In this document: positions 1 through 7,624 of the stretch, in pieces | Position numbering within the stretch: the stretch's first letter is position 1 | Layout: each line of letters starts with the position of its first letter | Origin: Rhodanobacteraceae bacterium | GTDB lineage: Bacteria > Pseudomonadota > Gammaproteobacteria > Xanthomonadales > Rhodanobacteraceae | NCBI GenBank assembly: GCA_035547895.1 | Contig: DASZTT010000170.1 | Location: 5,411 to 29,410 of the forward strand | Length of the DNA: 24,000 nucleotides | Direction: 5' to 3' | The notes under the pieces: model-generated | Databases searched by the model: none | Told to the model about the DNA's origin: nothing | Seen by the model: the letters and a program-made list of their open reading frames with translations, nothing else | Program-made: the position numbers and the translations under genes

Positions 1-522
1 GATCTTGGCCAGATCTATCTGCACGGCCTGGGCAGGATCCGGGCGGATCCTCCGCGCGGAGTCGCGTGGCTCGGACTCGCCGATGAAGAGCACCAGCCCG
101 ATTACGACAAGGCACTGGTCGTTGCGTACCAGGCCTTGAAGCCGGACGAACGCAAGCGCGCCGATGCCATCTGGACGCAACTCCAGGCGACGTACGCCGA
201 CAAGCTCACCCTTGCGCGCGCCACCCAGGCCTTCGAGGATGCCTACCATTCCGGACGTGCGGGTTCCGCCACCACCGAGGGCGATCCGAACACGTACACC
301 TTCGCGATCGACGGCTACGATCCCGCCGGCGACATCCAGAACGAAGCGGAGCTGGTCTCGGATTTGAACGAACTCGGCATGCAGAACGGCGCCGTTTCAC
401 TGGCCGCCTACTGGCCCGCGCGCAAAAAGGAATTCGCGAAGTTCCTCACTACCCAATTCGGCCATGTCGAGATCGGCGCCCTCCAGCAAGTCGCCCCGGC
501 GAACCACAAGCCGGCGCATTGA
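1..522 (+). CDS. Sel1-like repeat protein, 5'-truncated by the window edge
   Basis: Frame 1 is open from base 1, with no stop before the track's TTG at 136. It reads DLGQIYLHGLGRIRADPPRGVAWLGLA..., which fits the Sel1/TPR-like repeat pattern (LG..Y..G.G...D...A..W). Stop TGA at 520-522. The last ~130 aa carry no motif I recognise. Confidence 0.65.
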   Translation, partial: DLGQIYLHGLGRIRADPPRGVAWLGLADEEHQPDYDKALVVAYQALKPDERKRADAIWTQLQATYADKLTLARATQAFEDAYHSGRAGSATTEGDPNTYTFAIDGYDPAGDIQNEAELVSDLNELGMQNGAVSLAAYWPARKKEFAKFLTTQFGHVEIGALQQVAPANHKPAH

Positions 523-559
523 GTCGTATGTTGCGCGGGTGCCCGACCGGACTGGCGAA

Positions 560-1801
560 TCAAAACAGGCGACTGAAGATACGGATGCCGGCCAGGTATT
601 CGCCGGCGATGGTACCGAGATTGGAGAGCATGAACACCAACAGCGTGCGCGCAACGCGATTGCGCCACCAGCCGGAGGCATGCAGCAGGTCTTGGCGCAG
701 CGACTGGAAGTCGGCGACGCGCGGCTTGCGCAGCCAGGCCTCGACCATGCCGGAGAACACGCCGGACGACAGCCCCGGCGGACGCAGCGGTTTCAATGGC
801 CCCATCACGCCCGCGGTCAGTATCGACAATGGATGGCCGCCCGCGACCGCCGCGCCCAGCGCACTCAGCACCGCGGTGTAGATCACCCAGTCGCGCAGCG
901 CGTGCCAGCCCATCGTGGCGTTGCGCCAGAACAAGAAGCCGATCGCCGCGAAGATCGCAAGCATGATGCCGACCGCGAGGTACTTCGGCCATTTCGGCGC
1001 CGGCAGCCTGGCGGCCAGCGGCTCGACGATGGCGCGCGGCGGCTCCTGTTGCGCGCCGAGTTCGCGTTCGATGCCGGCGAGATGGCCGGCGCCGATCACC
1101 ACCAGCACCCGCTTCGCCGCGGGATGCTCGATGGATTCCTCGCGCAGGCGCGCAGCCATGAAGCGGTCGCGCTCGCCGATCAGCGCCTCGTACAACGGCT
1201 TCGATTCGCGCGCGAATTCGCCGAACGCACCTTCCAGGATGTCGCCCTGTTTCAGCTTCTCGATCTCGGCTTCGTCGATGTCTTCGCGCGAAAACACGCT
1301 GGCGATCAGGCTGCCGACGATGCCCATGCGATCGCGGAAACGCACGCCGCGATAGGCATGGTTGAGGGTGATGCCGATCTCGCGGTCCACCAGCCACAGC
1401 GGCAGGCCGCGTGCATCGGTCGCCGCCATGGCCGCTTTCATCTCCGCGCCGGGTTCGATGCCGTACTGCTCGGCGATGCGTTGCTGGAACGACGACAGCG
1501 CCAGCGACGCAAATACCATCCCGGCCTTGCCGGTGCGGATGACCTGGAACAGGTCCATCTTCGCGAAGGCTTCCGGATCGCGCATGCCGCGTGCGCGCGA
1601 TTCGCAAAGTTCCACCGCGATGGCATCGAACGCTTCGCGTTCGATCAGCGCCTTCACCGCATCCACCGATGCGCGCGAGACATGCGCGGTGCCCAGCAGC
1701 ACGTACTCGACGCCGTCGCGTTCGACGCGCGCGAGGGGCTGGTCCTGCAGGGGATCGCTTGTGGCGTCGGCGGAGCTGGCCGGCGTGATTGGATCGTTCA
1801 A
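560..1801 (-). CDS. TraB/GumN-family (PrgY-like) protein with C-terminal transmembrane region
   Basis: The translation contains the family-typical N-terminal VEYVLLGTAHVS, then ELCESR...DREIGITL...VVIGAGHLAG. The C-terminal part is hydrophobic (WPKYLAVGIMLAIFAAIGFLFW..., LLVFMLSNLGTIAG). The track ORF runs up to 2104 but would then overlap aguB by ~300 nt. I place the start at TTG 1801-1799 for three reasons: it is preceded by AGGA 6 nt upstream, it overlaps the aguB TGA (TTGA), and it is the only in-frame start codon before the conserved block apart from a GTG inside it. Confidence 0.8.
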   Translation of the reverse strand: MNDPITPASSADATSDPLQDQPLARVERDGVEYVLLGTAHVSRASVDAVKALIEREAFDAIAVELCESRARGMRDPEAFAKMDLFQVIRTGKAGMVFASLALSSFQQRIAEQYGIEPGAEMKAAMAATDARGLPLWLVDREIGITLNHAYRGVRFRDRMGIVGSLIASVFSREDIDEAEIEKLKQGDILEGAFGEFARESKPLYEALIGERDRFMAARLREESIEHPAAKRVLVVIGAGHLAGIERELGAQQEPPRAIVEPLAARLPAPKWPKYLAVGIMLAIFAAIGFLFWRNATMGWHALRDWVIYTAVLSALGAAVAGGHPLSILTAGVMGPLKPLRPPGLSSGVFSGMVEAWLRKPRVADFQSLRQDLLHASGWWRNRVARTLLVFMLSNLGTIAGEYLAGIRIFSRLF

Positions 1802-2697
1802 GGCGTTTCCTGATCCCGAAAACGTTTGGTCAGGTCGCCATACGCGTCGATGCGGCGGTCGCGCAGGAACGGCCAGATGCGCCGCACATTCTCGCTGCGC
1901 GCCATGTCGATTTCGGCGACCAGCAATTCGCGCGAATCGTCGTTGGCCTTGGCGAGGATTTCGCCCTGCGGTCCGGCGATGAAACTGGTGCCCCAGAATT
2001 GCGCGCCGCGGCCGGTGCCCGGCGCGGGTTCGAAACCCACGCGGTTGCACGCGAGCACCGGCACGCCGTTGGCGACGGCATGTCCACGCTGCACGGTGAG
2101 CCACGCTTCGCGCTGGCGATCCTTTTCATCCTGCGGATCGGCGGGGTCCCAGCCGATCGCGGTCGGGTAGAGCAGCAGTTCGGCACCGGCCAGTGCCATC
2201 AGCCGAGCGGCTTCCGGATACCACTGGTCCCAGCACACCAGCACGCCGAGCTTGCCGACCGAAGTTTCGATGGGATGAAAACCGAGGTCGCCCGGCGTGA
2301 AGTAGAACTTTTCGTAATACGCGGGATCGTCGGGGATGTGCATCTTGCGATACCTGCCCGCGATCTTTTCCGAGCGGTCGAACACCACCGCGGTGTTGTG
2401 GTACAGCCCGGCTGCGCGCCGTTCGAACAGCGAAGCGACGACGACGAGTTTCAATTCGGCGGCCAGCTTGCCGATGCGTTCGGTCGAAGGACCTGGAATC
2501 GCCTCGGCGCGGTCGAATTCCTCCACCGACTCGTGCTGGCAGAAGTACGGGCCGTTGTGCAGTTCCTGCAGCAGCACCAGTTGTGCACCGGCCTTCGCCG
2601 CGTCGCGTAAGCCCGACTCGATCGCGTCGAGATTGGCGTTGACGCTGCCGCGATCGCGTTCCTGCAGCAGGGCAACTTTGAGGGTTCGGGGAGACAT
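1798..2697 (-). CDS. aguB: N-carbamoylputrescine amidase (carbon-nitrogen hydrolase superfamily)
   Basis: 299 aa. Nitrilase-superfamily blocks are present: LLQELHNGPYFCQ, YRKMHIPDDPAYYEKFYFTPG and GVLVCWDQWYPEAAR (catalytic Cys context). It lies 19 nt downstream of agmatine deiminase on the same strand. Confidence 0.9.
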   Translation of the reverse strand: MSPRTLKVALLQERDRGSVNANLDAIESGLRDAAKAGAQLVLLQELHNGPYFCQHESVEEFDRAEAIPGPSTERIGKLAAELKLVVVASLFERRAAGLYHNTAVVFDRSEKIAGRYRKMHIPDDPAYYEKFYFTPGDLGFHPIETSVGKLGVLVCWDQWYPEAARLMALAGAELLLYPTAIGWDPADPQDEKDRQREAWLTVQRGHAVANGVPVLACNRVGFEPAPGTGRGAQFWGTSFIAGPQGEILAKANDDSRELLVAEIDMARSENVRRIWPFLRDRRIDAYGDLTKRFRDQETP

Positions 2698-2716
2698 CGG
2701 CGCAGCCTTCGGCGGT

Positions 2717-3757
2717 TCAGACCGCCATTACACCATCGGGAAGCTGCATCGTCATGCAATGCAGGCTGCCGTTCTGCCAGATGAGCGGGCGGCACGGGAC
2801 CTGGACGACTTCGCGGCCCGGGTGCGCGAGTGCGATGGTCTGCGCGGCCGCATCATCGACGGCACCCCCGTATGCGGGCACCAGCACCGCGCCGTTGACG
2901 ATCAGGTAGTTTGCGTAGGACGCCGCAAGCCGGCGGCCTTCATCCATGATCGGCTTCGGCCACGGCAGATCGAAAAGCCGGTACGGCTTGCCGCCGGACG
3001 TGCGCAGCGCTTCGATTTCGCGGCGCATCGCGGCGAGTTCGGCGTAATGCGGATCGTCGGGATCGCCGCAGGCCTGGAACACGATCGCGTCGTCGGGCGC
3101 GAAGCGCGCCAGGGTGTCGACGTGTGCGTCGGTGTCGTCGCCTTGCAGGTAACCGTGGTCGAGCCACAGCACGCGCTGCGCAGCCAGCGCGTTGCGCAGC
3201 GTGAGTTCGATCCGTTCACGCGACTGGTCGGGATGGCGTTGCCGAAGGCATGTCCACGTGGTGAGGATCGTGCCGCGCCCGTCGGATTCGATGGCGCCGC
3301 CTTCCAGCGCGAAATCGATGGGCGCGCGTTCGGCATCGCGGAACAGCGACTGCGCGTGCAGCCGTTCGACCAGGCGATCGTCGTCGCCGGCCTCGAACTT
3401 GCCGCCCCAGCCGGTGAAACGGAAATCATCCAGCACGAAGCGACCGTCGGTATCGCGCAAGGTGATCGGACCGGAATCCCGCAGCCAGGTATCGTCGTAG
3501 GGAATCTCCACGAAGCGCACGCGTTCAAGGTCGGCGCCGGCTTCGCGCAGGCACTCGGCGGCGTGCGCGCCGATTTCGGCGTCGGGCGTGCAGACGATCG
3601 CGGTTTCGAAACGCGTGATCGCGGCGATCAGCGCAGCGCAGGTGCCCTCGACGGCATCGAGCCGCTCGGCCCAGTCGGTGCCGGCGTGCGGCCAGGCGAG
3701 CAATACCGCGGACTGCGGCTCCCATTCGGCAGGCAGTCGCAAGGAAGAATCGATCAT
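2717..3757 (-). CDS. aguA: agmatine deiminase
   Basis: 346 aa. Matching blocks are LPAEWEPQSAVLLAWPH N-terminally, TWLRDSGPI, FTGWGGKF, HVDTLARF and the C-terminal GSLHCMTMQ (catalytic Cys context), as expected for the agmatine deiminase / PAD_porph family. Confidence 0.9.
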   Translation of the reverse strand: MIDSSLRLPAEWEPQSAVLLAWPHAGTDWAERLDAVEGTCAALIAAITRFETAIVCTPDAEIGAHAAECLREAGADLERVRFVEIPYDDTWLRDSGPITLRDTDGRFVLDDFRFTGWGGKFEAGDDDRLVERLHAQSLFRDAERAPIDFALEGGAIESDGRGTILTTWTCLRQRHPDQSRERIELTLRNALAAQRVLWLDHGYLQGDDTDAHVDTLARFAPDDAIVFQACGDPDDPHYAELAAMRREIEALRTSGGKPYRLFDLPWPKPIMDEGRRLAASYANYLIVNGAVLVPAYGGAVDDAAAQTIALAHPGREVVQVPCRPLIWQNGSLHCMTMQLPDGVMAV

Positions 3758-3848
3758 GGCGAAATCGTTCCGCTCGTTCGGAGCGGCTGTTGTGGAAAGT
3801 CAGGCCAGGGAAGGCCGTTCTGGCGATCGGGATCGCCGGACAACCATA

Positions 3849-3878
3849 CTCGCCGGATTATCGCTCGCCGGATTATCG
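3849..3878. repeat. perfect 15-nt tandem duplication (CTCGCCGGATTATCG x2)
   Basis: Direct reading gives 3849-3863 identical to 3864-3878. The second copy contributes to a 7-bp stem: TCGCTCG (3861-3867) pairs with CGAGCGA (3877-3883) around a 9-nt loop. The repeat lies in the intergenic region upstream of aguA and downstream of the 3908-4231 gene. Confidence 0.9.
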
Positions 3879-3887
3879 AGCGAGGCG

Positions 3888-3905
3888 GCGACCAGGGATG
3901 ATCGC
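3888..3905 (-). repeat. stop-codon-proximal 18-nt hairpin, copy A
   Basis: Minus strand reads GCGATCA-TCCC-TGGTCGC, a 7-bp stem with one U.G wobble and a 4-nt loop. It begins 2 nt after the TGA of the 3908-4231 gene and matches copy B at 17 of 18 positions. Confidence 0.6.
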
Positions 3906-3907
3906 AC

Positions 3908-4231
3908 TCACAAACTGTGCGGGCCGGGCGTCCGCAGCACCGAATGAATCACATGGCTGTATTCGAAATACACGATGTACTTTGGATATTCCCAGCGATG
4001 GATCGGCGGCTGGTGCTTGGAGCTGCCGCCGCGGGTGGCCAGCACCTTAAGCGGCGCGCCGTATTCGCGCCTCACTTGGTCCATGGTCATGCCTCGTTTG
4101 GGCATGTTGTACTGCTGCTCCTGCTTCACCTTCATGCGCAGGCTTTCGGCATGGGCGTTGGCGGGCAGCAGCAGAGGCGCGGATGCCAGTGCAAGGGTTG
4201 CGGCGATCAAACTGGTAGCGATGCGTTTCAT
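3908..4231 (-). CDS. small secreted/periplasmic protein, function unknown (possibly BamE/SmpA-OmlA-like)
   Basis: 107 aa starting at an ATG. A clear Sec signal peptide is present (MKRIATSLIAATLALASAPLLLPANAHA|E). The mature part contains GMTMDQVRREYGAP, which resembles the SmpA/OmlA motif; that resemblance is tentative. Codon usage looks host-like. Confidence 0.7.
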   Translation of the reverse strand: MKRIATSLIAATLALASAPLLLPANAHAESLRMKVKQEQQYNMPKRGMTMDQVRREYGAPLKVLATRGGSSKHQPPIHRWEYPKYIVYFEYSHVIHSVLRTPGPHSL

Positions 4232-4312
4232 GGCCTTGCTTCCCCAGGGCGCCCCGTGCGCCGATGTGCCTTTGTAGCAAAAACCGCCTGAACGCGCCAG
4301 CGAATGCGGTCA

Positions 4313-4338
4313 CGAAAAAGGCCGCTTGCGCGGCCTTC
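4313..4338 (-). terminator. rho-independent terminator for the rpmJ transcript
   Basis: AAGGCCGC (4318-4325) pairs with GCGGCCTT (4330-4337) around loop TTGC. On the minus strand the stem is followed by TTTTT (complement of the A-run 4315-4319). Confidence 0.6.
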
Positions 4339-4444
4339 TCCATGCGTACTGTCGAAGCAGCTGCGGGCGGAAATCAGGGCGGGGGTGCCCGCATTCCGAC
4401 CAACGACCTCGTAACCATCACCTTGCGGAAACGTCGGCGCCTCC

Positions 4445-4462
4445 GCGATCAGGGATGATCGC
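4445..4462 (-). repeat. stop-codon-proximal 18-nt hairpin, copy B
   Basis: Minus strand reads GCGATCA-TCCC-TGATCGC, a perfect 7-bp stem with a 4-nt loop, beginning 3 nt after the rpmJ TAA. Confidence 0.6.
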
Positions 4463-4465
4463 AAA

Positions 4466-4591
4466 TTACCTTTGACGTGCCTTGAAGCGCGGGTTGCTCT
4501 TGCAAATCACGAACACCTTGCCGCGCCGGCGCACGACCTTGCAGTCGCGGTGCCGCTGCTTGGCGGACTTCAGGGAAGAAAGCACCTTCAC
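4466..4591 (-). CDS. rpmJ: 50S ribosomal protein L36, non-zinc (C-minus, YkgO-like) type
   Basis: The 41 aa [41 protein letters not shown] closely follow E. coli YkgO as I recall it ([41 protein letters not shown]...). The start is GTG at 4591-4589, with GAGGAG 7 nt upstream on the minus strand. The track's 82-aa ORF is an upstream over-extension. Confidence 0.9.
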   Translation of the reverse strand: MKVLSSLKSAKQRHRDCKVVRRRGKVFVICKSNPRFKARQR

Positions 4592-4633
4592 GGCGGGACT
4601 CCTCGGAACGATCTGACCGAAACAAAGCGGGAA

Positions 4634-4662
4634 AGTGTAGCGTGCGTAGACACTTGCCGCAA
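4634..4662 (-). promoter_or_regulatory. candidate sigma70 promoter for rpmJ
   Basis: Minus strand reads TTGCGG (complement of 4657-4662), a 17-nt spacer, then TACACT (complement of 4634-4639), about 40 nt upstream of the GTG. This is a pattern match only. Confidence 0.25.
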
Positions 4663-4667
4663 GCCTG

Positions 4668-4696
4668 CGGACACGCCCCAACCGGGCGGGTATCCT
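4668..4696 (+). promoter_or_regulatory. candidate sigma70 promoter for tkt
   Basis: CGGACA (4668-4673), a 17-nt spacer, then TATCCT (4691-4696), about 38 nt upstream of the GTG at 4735. This is a pattern match only. Confidence 0.25.
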
Positions 4697-4734
4697 ACGG
4701 GGTTTCGCGCCCAAACCTGCCGGAGTGAACCGCC

Positions 4735-6774
4735 GTGGCTGCCGATCTCGACCAGACTTGCGTCAACACCATCCGCTTCCTGTCGGTGGACATGGTGCAA
4801 AAGGCCAACAGTGGCCATCCCGGCCTGCCGCTGGGTGCCGCGCCGATGGCGTACGTGTTGTGGACCCGGTTCCTGAAGCACAACCCCGTTGATCCACACT
4901 GGGTCGATCGCGACCGTTTCGTGCTGTCGGCGGGCCACGGTTCGGCGCTGCTCTACAGCTTGCTGTACCTGACCGGTTACGACCTGTCCCTCGACGACAT
5001 CAAGCAGTTTCGCCAGTGGGGCAGCAAGACGCCGGGCCATCCCGAACGCGGCCACACGGCGGGGGTTGAGGTCACTACCGGCCCGCTGGGCCAGGGCATG
5101 GCCAATGCGGTGGGCATGGCAATGGCGGAGGCGCAGCTTGCCGCACGCTACAACCGCGACGGCCACAAGGTGATCGATCACCACACGTACGCGATCGTCA
5201 GCGACGGCGATTTGATGGAAGGCGTCACCTCGGAAGCCGCGTCGCTGGCCGGGCACCTGAAGCTCGGCAAATTGATCTGTTTGTACGACGACAACTACGT
5301 GACGCTGGCGGCCGGCACCGACATCACCTTCACCGAGAACCGCGCCGCGCGCTTCAAGGCCTATGGCTGGCACGTGCAGACGGTCGAGAACGGCAACGAC
5401 CTCGAGGCCATCGAAAAAGCGCTCAAGCGGGCCAAGGGCAAGAAGGACCAGCCGTCGATGATCCTGGTGCGCACGCACATCGGCTTTGGTTCACCGTTGC
5501 AGGACAGCTACAAGGCGCACGGCTCGCCGCTGGGCGCCGACAATGTCATCAAGACCAAGCAGAAGCTCGGCTGGCCCGAGCAGCCGGCCTTCCTGGTGCC
5601 GGACGAAGCGCTGGCGCATTTCCGCGAGGCTCAGAAGAAGGGCAAAGGCGCCGAGGCCGGCTGGAAACGCCGCTGGAACAAATATGCCAAGGCTTTTCCG
5701 GAGCTTGCGGCGGAATTGCAAGCCTCGTTCGAAGGCAAATTGCCGGCCGGCTGGGACGCCGACGTGCCGGTGTTCCCGGCCGACCCCAAGGGCCTTGCCA
5801 CGCGCGTCGCGGGCGGCAAGGTGCTGTCGGCGATCGCCCCGAAGCTGCCGGCCATCAGCGGCGGCTCGGCCGATCTCGATCCCTCCACGCATACGGCAGT
5901 GAAGGGTCTGGGCGTGTTCTCGCCCGGCAAGGAACCCGACGAACAGGGCGACACCGACGAAGTATGGAGTTATGCCGGCCGCAACCTCCACTTCGGCGTG
6001 CGCGAGCACACGATGGGTTCGATCGCCAACGGCATGGCCGCGCATGGCGGCTTCATTCCATACACCGCCACCTTCATGGTGTTCTCCGATTACATGCGTC
6101 CGCCGATGCGCCTGGCCGCGATCATGGGCCTGCGCGTCATCAACGTGTTCACGCATGATTCGATCGCAGTGGGCGAAGACGGCCCGACCCACGAACCGGT
6201 CGAGCAACTGGCGGGCCTGCGGTCCGTGCCGAACCTCAACGTGATCCGTCCGGGCGACGCCAACGAAACCGCGGTCGCATGGAAGGTCGCGATCGAAACG
6301 TCCGATCGTCCGACGGCTCTGATCCTGTCACGCCAGAACGTACCGACGCTGGACCGCTCGAAGTTCGCCAGCGCCGAGGGTGTGCGAAAGGGCGCGTACG
6401 TGCTGCTGGATTGCGAGGGCGAGCCGCAACTGATCGTGATCGGCACCGGTGCGGAAACCGGACTGGTCGCGCAAGCCGTCGAAAAACTGCAAGCCGAAGG
6501 CATCAAGGCCCGCGCGGTGTCGATGCCGAGCTGGGAATTGTTCGCGGAGCAGGATCAGTCGTACCGCGATTCCGTGCTGCCGCCGAACGTACACGCGCGG
6601 CTCGCGGTGGAGGCGGGCTGCCGCGAAGGCTGGGAACGCTGGGTCGGCGACCACGGCGCGGGAATCGGCGTGAACCGCTACGGTGCGTCCGCGCCTGGCG
6701 AACTGGTGCTGGAAAAGTACGGCTTTACCGTCGACAACGTGATCGCGAAGGCGAAGGCGCTGCTGGGCGGCTGA
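4735..6774 (+). CDS. tkt: transketolase
   Basis: 679 aa. Matching blocks are [24 protein letters not shown], the ThDP motif region [13 protein letters not shown] and [36 protein letters not shown], and a transketolase C-terminal domain. The start is GTG, with GGAG 9 nt upstream. Confidence 0.95.
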   Translation: MAADLDQTCVNTIRFLSVDMVQKANSGHPGLPLGAAPMAYVLWTRFLKHNPVDPHWVDRDRFVLSAGHGSALLYSLLYLTGYDLSLDDIKQFRQWGSKTPGHPERGHTAGVEVTTGPLGQGMANAVGMAMAEAQLAARYNRDGHKVIDHHTYAIVSDGDLMEGVTSEAASLAGHLKLGKLICLYDDNYVTLAAGTDITFTENRAARFKAYGWHVQTVENGNDLEAIEKALKRAKGKKDQPSMILVRTHIGFGSPLQDSYKAHGSPLGADNVIKTKQKLGWPEQPAFLVPDEALAHFREAQKKGKGAEAGWKRRWNKYAKAFPELAAELQASFEGKLPAGWDADVPVFPADPKGLATRVAGGKVLSAIAPKLPAISGGSADLDPSTHTAVKGLGVFSPGKEPDEQGDTDEVWSYAGRNLHFGVREHTMGSIANGMAAHGGFIPYTATFMVFSDYMRPPMRLAAIMGLRVINVFTHDSIAVGEDGPTHEPVEQLAGLRSVPNLNVIRPGDANETAVAWKVAIETSDRPTALILSRQNVPTLDRSKFASAEGVRKGAYVLLDCEGEPQLIVIGTGAETGLVAQAVEKLQAEGIKARAVSMPSWELFAEQDQSYRDSVLPPNVHARLAVEAGCREGWERWVGDHGAGIGVNRYGASAPGELVLEKYGFTVDNVIAKAKALLGG

Positions 6775-6815
6775 ATTAAGCGGGAGCCTCATCTATATCC
6801 GGAGCGACGCCACTG

Positions 6816-6846
6816 AACCAGCGCGCCGCGGCGCGGTCACCTGGTT
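6816..6846 (+). terminator. GC-rich palindromic hairpin downstream of tkt (possible terminator, no U-tract)
   Basis: The structure reads AACCAG-CGCGCC-GC-GGCGCG-GTCAC-CTGGTT. The inner 6-bp arms and outer 6-bp arms are complementary, and it starts 42 nt after the tkt stop. No T-run follows, so intrinsic-terminator function is uncertain. Confidence 0.3.
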
Positions 6847-6940
6847 GGCCGTGGGTGGACATGTTTGCGGATCCAGCAAGTCCAAAATGGCGCGTCAATG
6901 ACTCTTCCACGGATAGGGTCGGCTCATTGGAGGCACGATC

Positions 6941-7624
6941 GTGAACATTGTCCGAAGCTTCTTCCTGCTCGTGCCGATTCTCGTTGCAGGCCAAGCGTCC
7001 GCAATCGAGCCATACACGTGCCAGAACGAGCCGAACGCAGCCAGTGACATAAAACTTGCCGAAATCGTCGGGACTCCTGGCGCAAGGGTCAACTTCAGGT
7101 TGGATGGAATTGGTTGCCCTGATGCCCCTTCTTGCATCGTTCCCAAGCCTTTTCTGTCGAGCGGCAAGCGCGTACTGGTGACCCAGACGACGGAGGGGTG
7201 GGCGTGTGCGTGGGGTCTGATTGGCCAATCCGACCAATGGGGGTTCCAAGGCTGGATATCTGCGAAGGCAATAAAGTTTCTCGATGTGACGCGTCATCCC
7301 CATCTTCGAGATTGGATCGGAACATGGAAGCTGGATGGCGTCGATCAACTAAAGATCAGTGCGTCCAATGCCGGAACTTTGCGGGTAACCGGCGAAGCTC
7401 GTTGGTACGGTCCTGTTATCAATGGCGAGCGGGACGTTCACTATGGCAGTCTGGATGGTCACGCAACTCCAGTCGGCAGCAGACTTTACATAGGTCGCAA
7501 TCTTTCGAAGGACCAATGCAAAGCGACTCTCTTGTTGATCGATGGCTACCTCGTGGTCACTGACAACAATCAGTGTGGCGGAGTCAACGCGCGTTTCAAT
7601 GGCGTGTTCAAGAAAGAGCGGTAG
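6941..7624 (+). CDS. secreted Cys-containing hypothetical protein (SH3b-like N-terminal half, unassigned C-terminal half)
   Basis: 227 aa starting at GTG, with GGAGG 7 nt upstream. The signal peptide is MNIVRSFFLLVPILVAGQASA|IEP. The mature protein has six Cys. GWACAWGLIGQSDQWGFQGWISAKAI resembles a bacterial SH3 motif. The C-terminal half ends ...CKATLLLIDGYLVVTDNNQCGGVNARFNGVFKK. Codon usage is atypical for this window. Confidence 0.7.
   Translation: MNIVRSFFLLVPILVAGQASAIEPYTCQNEPNAASDIKLAEIVGTPGARVNFRLDGIGCPDAPSCIVPKPFLSSGKRVLVTQTTEGWACAWGLIGQSDQWGFQGWISAKAIKFLDVTRHPHLRDWIGTWKLDGVDQLKISASNAGTLRVTGEARWYGPVINGERDVHYGSLDGHATPVGSRLYIGRNLSKDQCKATLLLIDGYLVVTDNNQCGGVNARFNGVFKKER

Noticed and set aside
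408-1813. Long ORFs 408-1607 (-) and 464-1813 (+) overlapping the TraB-family gene in other frames.
   Set aside because: Their translations are Arg/Ala/Gly-rich low-complexity sequence. The 560-1801 frame carries the conserved TraB/GumN blocks and TM helices.
1802-2104. Upstream extensions of track ORFs: TraB-family to 2104, protease to 9801, ypjD-like to 10710, rpmJ to 4714, rimM from 13392, trmD from 14008.
   Set aside because: The extensions overlap the upstream genes or intergenic promoters, lack an SD, and add non-homologous Arg-rich sequence. Internal starts match homolog N-termini and signal-peptide positions.
2336-3901. 521-aa plus-strand ORF across aguB and aguA.
   Set aside because: It is antisense to two genes with clear enzyme-family signatures. 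It has no SD and no recognisable domain.
4228-4464. 78-aa minus-strand ORF inside the rpmJ 3' UTR.
   Set aside because: It reads straight through the terminator hairpin and into the neighbouring gene's promoter and start. It has no SD and no motif.
4592-4734. Zur box or other palindromic operator upstream of the C-minus L36 gene. GTGTAGCGTGCGTAGACAC was examined.
   Set aside because: Only the outer 4 bp are complementary, and there is no AT-rich Zur-like inverted repeat. I therefore make no regulatory call.
4588-5478. 296-aa minus-strand ORF antisense to the 5' part of tkt. It would also swallow the rpmJ promoter region.
   Set aside because: The transketolase frame is unambiguous, and the antisense product has no motifs.
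6776-7348. 190-aa minus-strand ORF overlapping the island gene.
   Set aside because: The plus-strand ORF has a GGAGG SD, a canonical signal peptide and an even Cys count. The minus-strand ORF has none of these features and would run into the tkt stop.
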